NCBI GenBank assembly: GCA_026770705.1
Contig: JANJGN010000001.1
Span: 39,866,001 to 39,930,000, forward strand
Reading direction: 5' to 3'
Source: Isurus oxyrinchus
Lineage: Eukaryota
DNA: 64,000 nucleotides
Each line of letters begins with the position of its first letter. Within the stretch, counting starts at the first letter, position 1. Below, piece by piece: positions 61,490 through 64,000 of the stretch. The notes under the pieces were generated by a model. The model did no database searches. It saw only the letters and a list, made by a program, of their open reading frames with translations, and was not told where the DNA came from. The position numbers and the translations under genes are program-made.

Positions 61490-61850
61490 TGATGTGGGAA
61501 GTTCAGCCGTTTGGCCATAAATATGGGAATGTGAGTTTATATGGAGGGTAAGGTTAAGGGAGGATAGCGTATTCAGAGAAGCATGGGCAGTGTGAGTTCA
61601 GATGGAGGTTTCAATGCCCAAGGGTGTGAAGTTGCTTGCTGCAGAAGCTAAGGGAGGGGAGGATAGAGGATATCTCCATTGTTGTAAAGAAAAACTTTGC
61701 ATGAGTCGAGGGTGGATGGTTTCGATAAATGATTTGAAAGGAGCAAGGGGGTGGAAAAAGGTGAGATGCTGAACAGAGGCAGAAGTGCCAGAGGGGTGAA
61801 GGGTCAGAGCAAGTCGAGATTTGATGATAAAGGCCTTAGCCCATTGAGAT
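61490..61850 (-). mobile_element. Decayed L2/CR1-group LINE AP-endonuclease relic
   Basis: Minus-strand frames read AFIIKSRLALTLHPSGTSASVQHLTFFHP, MEISSILPSLSFCSKQLHTLGH*NLHLNS (cf. LLILGDFNLHLN) and LSSLNLTLHINSHSHIYGQ (cf. PTHxxGxxLDL); stops and frameshifts. Confidence 0.75.
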
Positions 61851-62133
61851 AAGGACAGAATGGAAAGCAAGGAAATCTAATATATTAACATATGGGAAAT
61901 TGCATCTTCTTACACCAAGCTATTGCATTGGTAAGGACCTACCATTGTACTAGTGCGACTAAATCAGCATCTCATCTCAGGTAGAGGCAGCAGCATCAAC
62001 CAATTCCTTACGTTTCATTCTTTTGGTTTATGACATTATCCCTGTTTTGCTGCTTTTTAATACTCACAACAATCTTTACGTCTTAAACCATGCATGTATT
62101 CTTATGGACCAAAAGGAAATGATGCATTTAATT

Positions 62134-62194
62134 GAGCATTCGCACTGGCATTGACCGGCAGGGTCAAATGGCCCATTCCTGCATTGTAAATTTT
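62134..62194 (+). mobile_element. Possible CR1-type LINE/SINE 3' tail relic
   Basis: GACCGGCAGGGTCAAATGGCCCATTCCTGCATTGTAAATT resembles the recalled GGGCCGAATGGCCTGTTTCTGTGCTGTA 3' end; short match only. Confidence 0.45.
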
Positions 62195-62406
62195 ACTTAA
62201 GCATAATTTTGATGTGAATAATATGGCATCTACATTTTTTTTATTGTTTATGGTATATGGTATGTCATATTCCAAGATGTAATGATTTCAGGAATCATAT
62301 TTGCTGAAATTCTCTTTCATCAGAGATTTATGAAATTTAGTTCTACAATATGTGACCTTCTGATAAACAGGGACGTGAGGAATCAGAAGGCAGCAAAGAT
62401 TTTCAA

Positions 62407-62421
62407 CCTCTAGATGGTGCC
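62407..62421 (+). promoter_or_regulatory. CTCF-like motif
   Basis: CCTCTAGATGGTGCC fits the CCASYAGRKGGCRS core with two common substitutions. Confidence 0.4.
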
Positions 62422-63133
62422 AGAGTTGTGTTTTTTTAAAAATTCTGCCTCCCTCGCCCCCACTCCACCCCTCACAGGACCTCAGCCTGTATTTCTGCTG
62501 TTCTGGAGACCAAAATTCTTTTTGAGTGGTGGCACAGATTACTGGATCTACAGCTTCTATGTTAGCTGGATATCAAGAATATAAACAAGTTAGTTTTGCA
62601 ACATAGTGAGGGGTTCTCTGATTCTCTCATAATAAAAATATATAACTCCTCACAGTTTTTAAAAAAATATGTCCACATTATTATAGAAGCAACACCCCAA
62701 TGATTATCATTTGTTCACTCAGGTTGAGTAACTTATTTCAAAGCTTCTCTGCCTTACATACAGCCTCTTGCCATTTTGCTGAGAATAAAACATTTGTTCT
62801 TGCTTAGAATAAAAAGTTTGTTCTTGCTTATCTGTACTTTATTTAACTCTACTCTCATTAGCCAATATTATACAACTTTCAAATGGAGTGAAATTGTAGA
62901 TGCGAAAATTTATTTTTTCGAATATTTTACTTCTGCAATACCTCTTCCACTTCTAGAACAAAATTAAATGCATTGAGATGTTTTAAAAATTGAAGTTCAG
63001 CAAGAAGGAATAATGTTTCTAACTTCAGTTTAATTCTTAAATAAACAAAATTGAAACCATATGCACAAATCATTTGGGAAACTTTAGATCTAAAGCTACA
63101 AAATCTATGCACAAAAGCTCTTCTATGTACATT

Positions 63134-63204
63134 GTATTGGTGGTTCAGTGGTAGAATTTGTGCCTGCTATATTGGAGGCCTGGGGTCAATTCCTGGCCAA
63201 TACA
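63134..63204 (+). pseudogene. Orphan tRNA-Gly-derived pseudogene (GCT anticodon)
   Basis: GTATTGGTGGTTCAGTGGTAGAATTTGTGCCTGCTATATTGGAGGCCTGGGGTCAATTCCTGGCCAATACA; 71 nt, colinear with Gly-GCC. Confidence 0.85.
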
Positions 63205-63882
63205 ACTGTACATTTTATTTCTCACATCTAATCTTCCTGACTGCTTTGAAAGTACTTATCTTCCCAAATTATTCAGGGAAAAAAATTGTTACCATAATTG
63301 AAATATGTTGTTACAACAGCTCATCTGCTGCTAAAACCCTCATCAAAACTTTTGTTCCTTTGAAACTTCACCATTCCAATTCTTTCCTAGCAAGTCTCCA
63401 CTTCCACTCTGTCCTCGCTCTAACGAAGCTCAGTGCAAGCTCGAGGAAAACTACCTCATCTTTCGATTAGGCACTTTGCAGTCTTCTGGACTCAATGTTA
63501 AGGTCAACAATTTCAGATCACAATCTCTGCTCCCATTTTTCAGCTACTTAGGACCCTAAGTTCTTGAATTCTCTCTAAGTCTCTGCCTTTCTCTCTTCCT
63601 TTAAGATGTTACTCAAAACCTAGCTTTTTTTAATCTTAAATGGCCTCTTTTACTTATGAAGAACAAATCATACGAGAAATACAGAAACCACAGACAAATA
63701 TTTTAGAATAAACAAAAACAAGGACTTCAGTTTTGTGTTCAAATCCTCGCTTAGTATTTGAAAGGTTTAATAAATAGAATACAAAAAAAATTGTAAAAGG
63801 GCACAGGTTTCTCTTATTTGAGATGGTCATTACTTGCATTTTGTAGGACTGCCTTTGGCTGCTTCAACCCTCTGAGAACTCT

Positions 63883-64000
63883 GGAATCATCACAAACAAT
63901 CCCTCTCTTGACCTCATGATGGAGGGAGGATCATTAGTGAAGCAGCTGAAGATATTGGGCTATGGATGTTTTCCTGAGGAACTCCTGAGCCTGCAATGAT
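63883..64000 (-). mobile_element. Decayed CR1-type LINE reverse transcriptase core relic
   Basis: Minus strand reads GVPQENIHSP / IFSCFTNDPPSIMRSREGLF / DD (cf. GVPQGSVLGP.IFSCFINDLPS....MFADD), with frameshifts. Confidence 0.8.

Noticed and set aside
62776-63839. Short ORFs in the AT-rich flank, including 63051-63470
   Set aside because: No recognisable domains; the 139-aa ORF simply reads through the orphan tRNA relic.

Overview
Eukaryotic (vertebrate) DNA with no credible protein-coding gene. Positions 1 to ~60,980 are the right-hand end of a tandem tDNA macrosatellite: about 32 head-to-tail units of ~1,851 bp. Each unit carries a decayed tRNA-Gly(GCC) copy (slot A) and, 231 bp downstream, a tRNA-Gly(GCC) gene with a TTTT terminator (slot B), then a (CAA)n microsatellite and a decayed antisense CR1-type LINE RT fragment. 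I count 31 slot-B copies (only 7 match the canonical vertebrate Gly-GCC sequence), 32 slot-A copies and 13 extra tRNA-like copies in 219-bp sub-repeats, four of which have a GCT anticodon. The array is hierarchical: 219-bp module, 1.85-kb unit, a 3,703-bp dimer repeated about four times, and a ~10.6-kb five-unit duplication. It is homogeneous on the left and increasingly variable toward the edge. The flank (61-64 kb) holds a truncated and an orphan tRNA-Gly relic, L2/CR1 LINE relics and a CTCF-like motif. The LINE motifs resemble those I recall from cartilaginous fishes (inference, not searched). All alignments were made by eye, so block boundaries are approximate.
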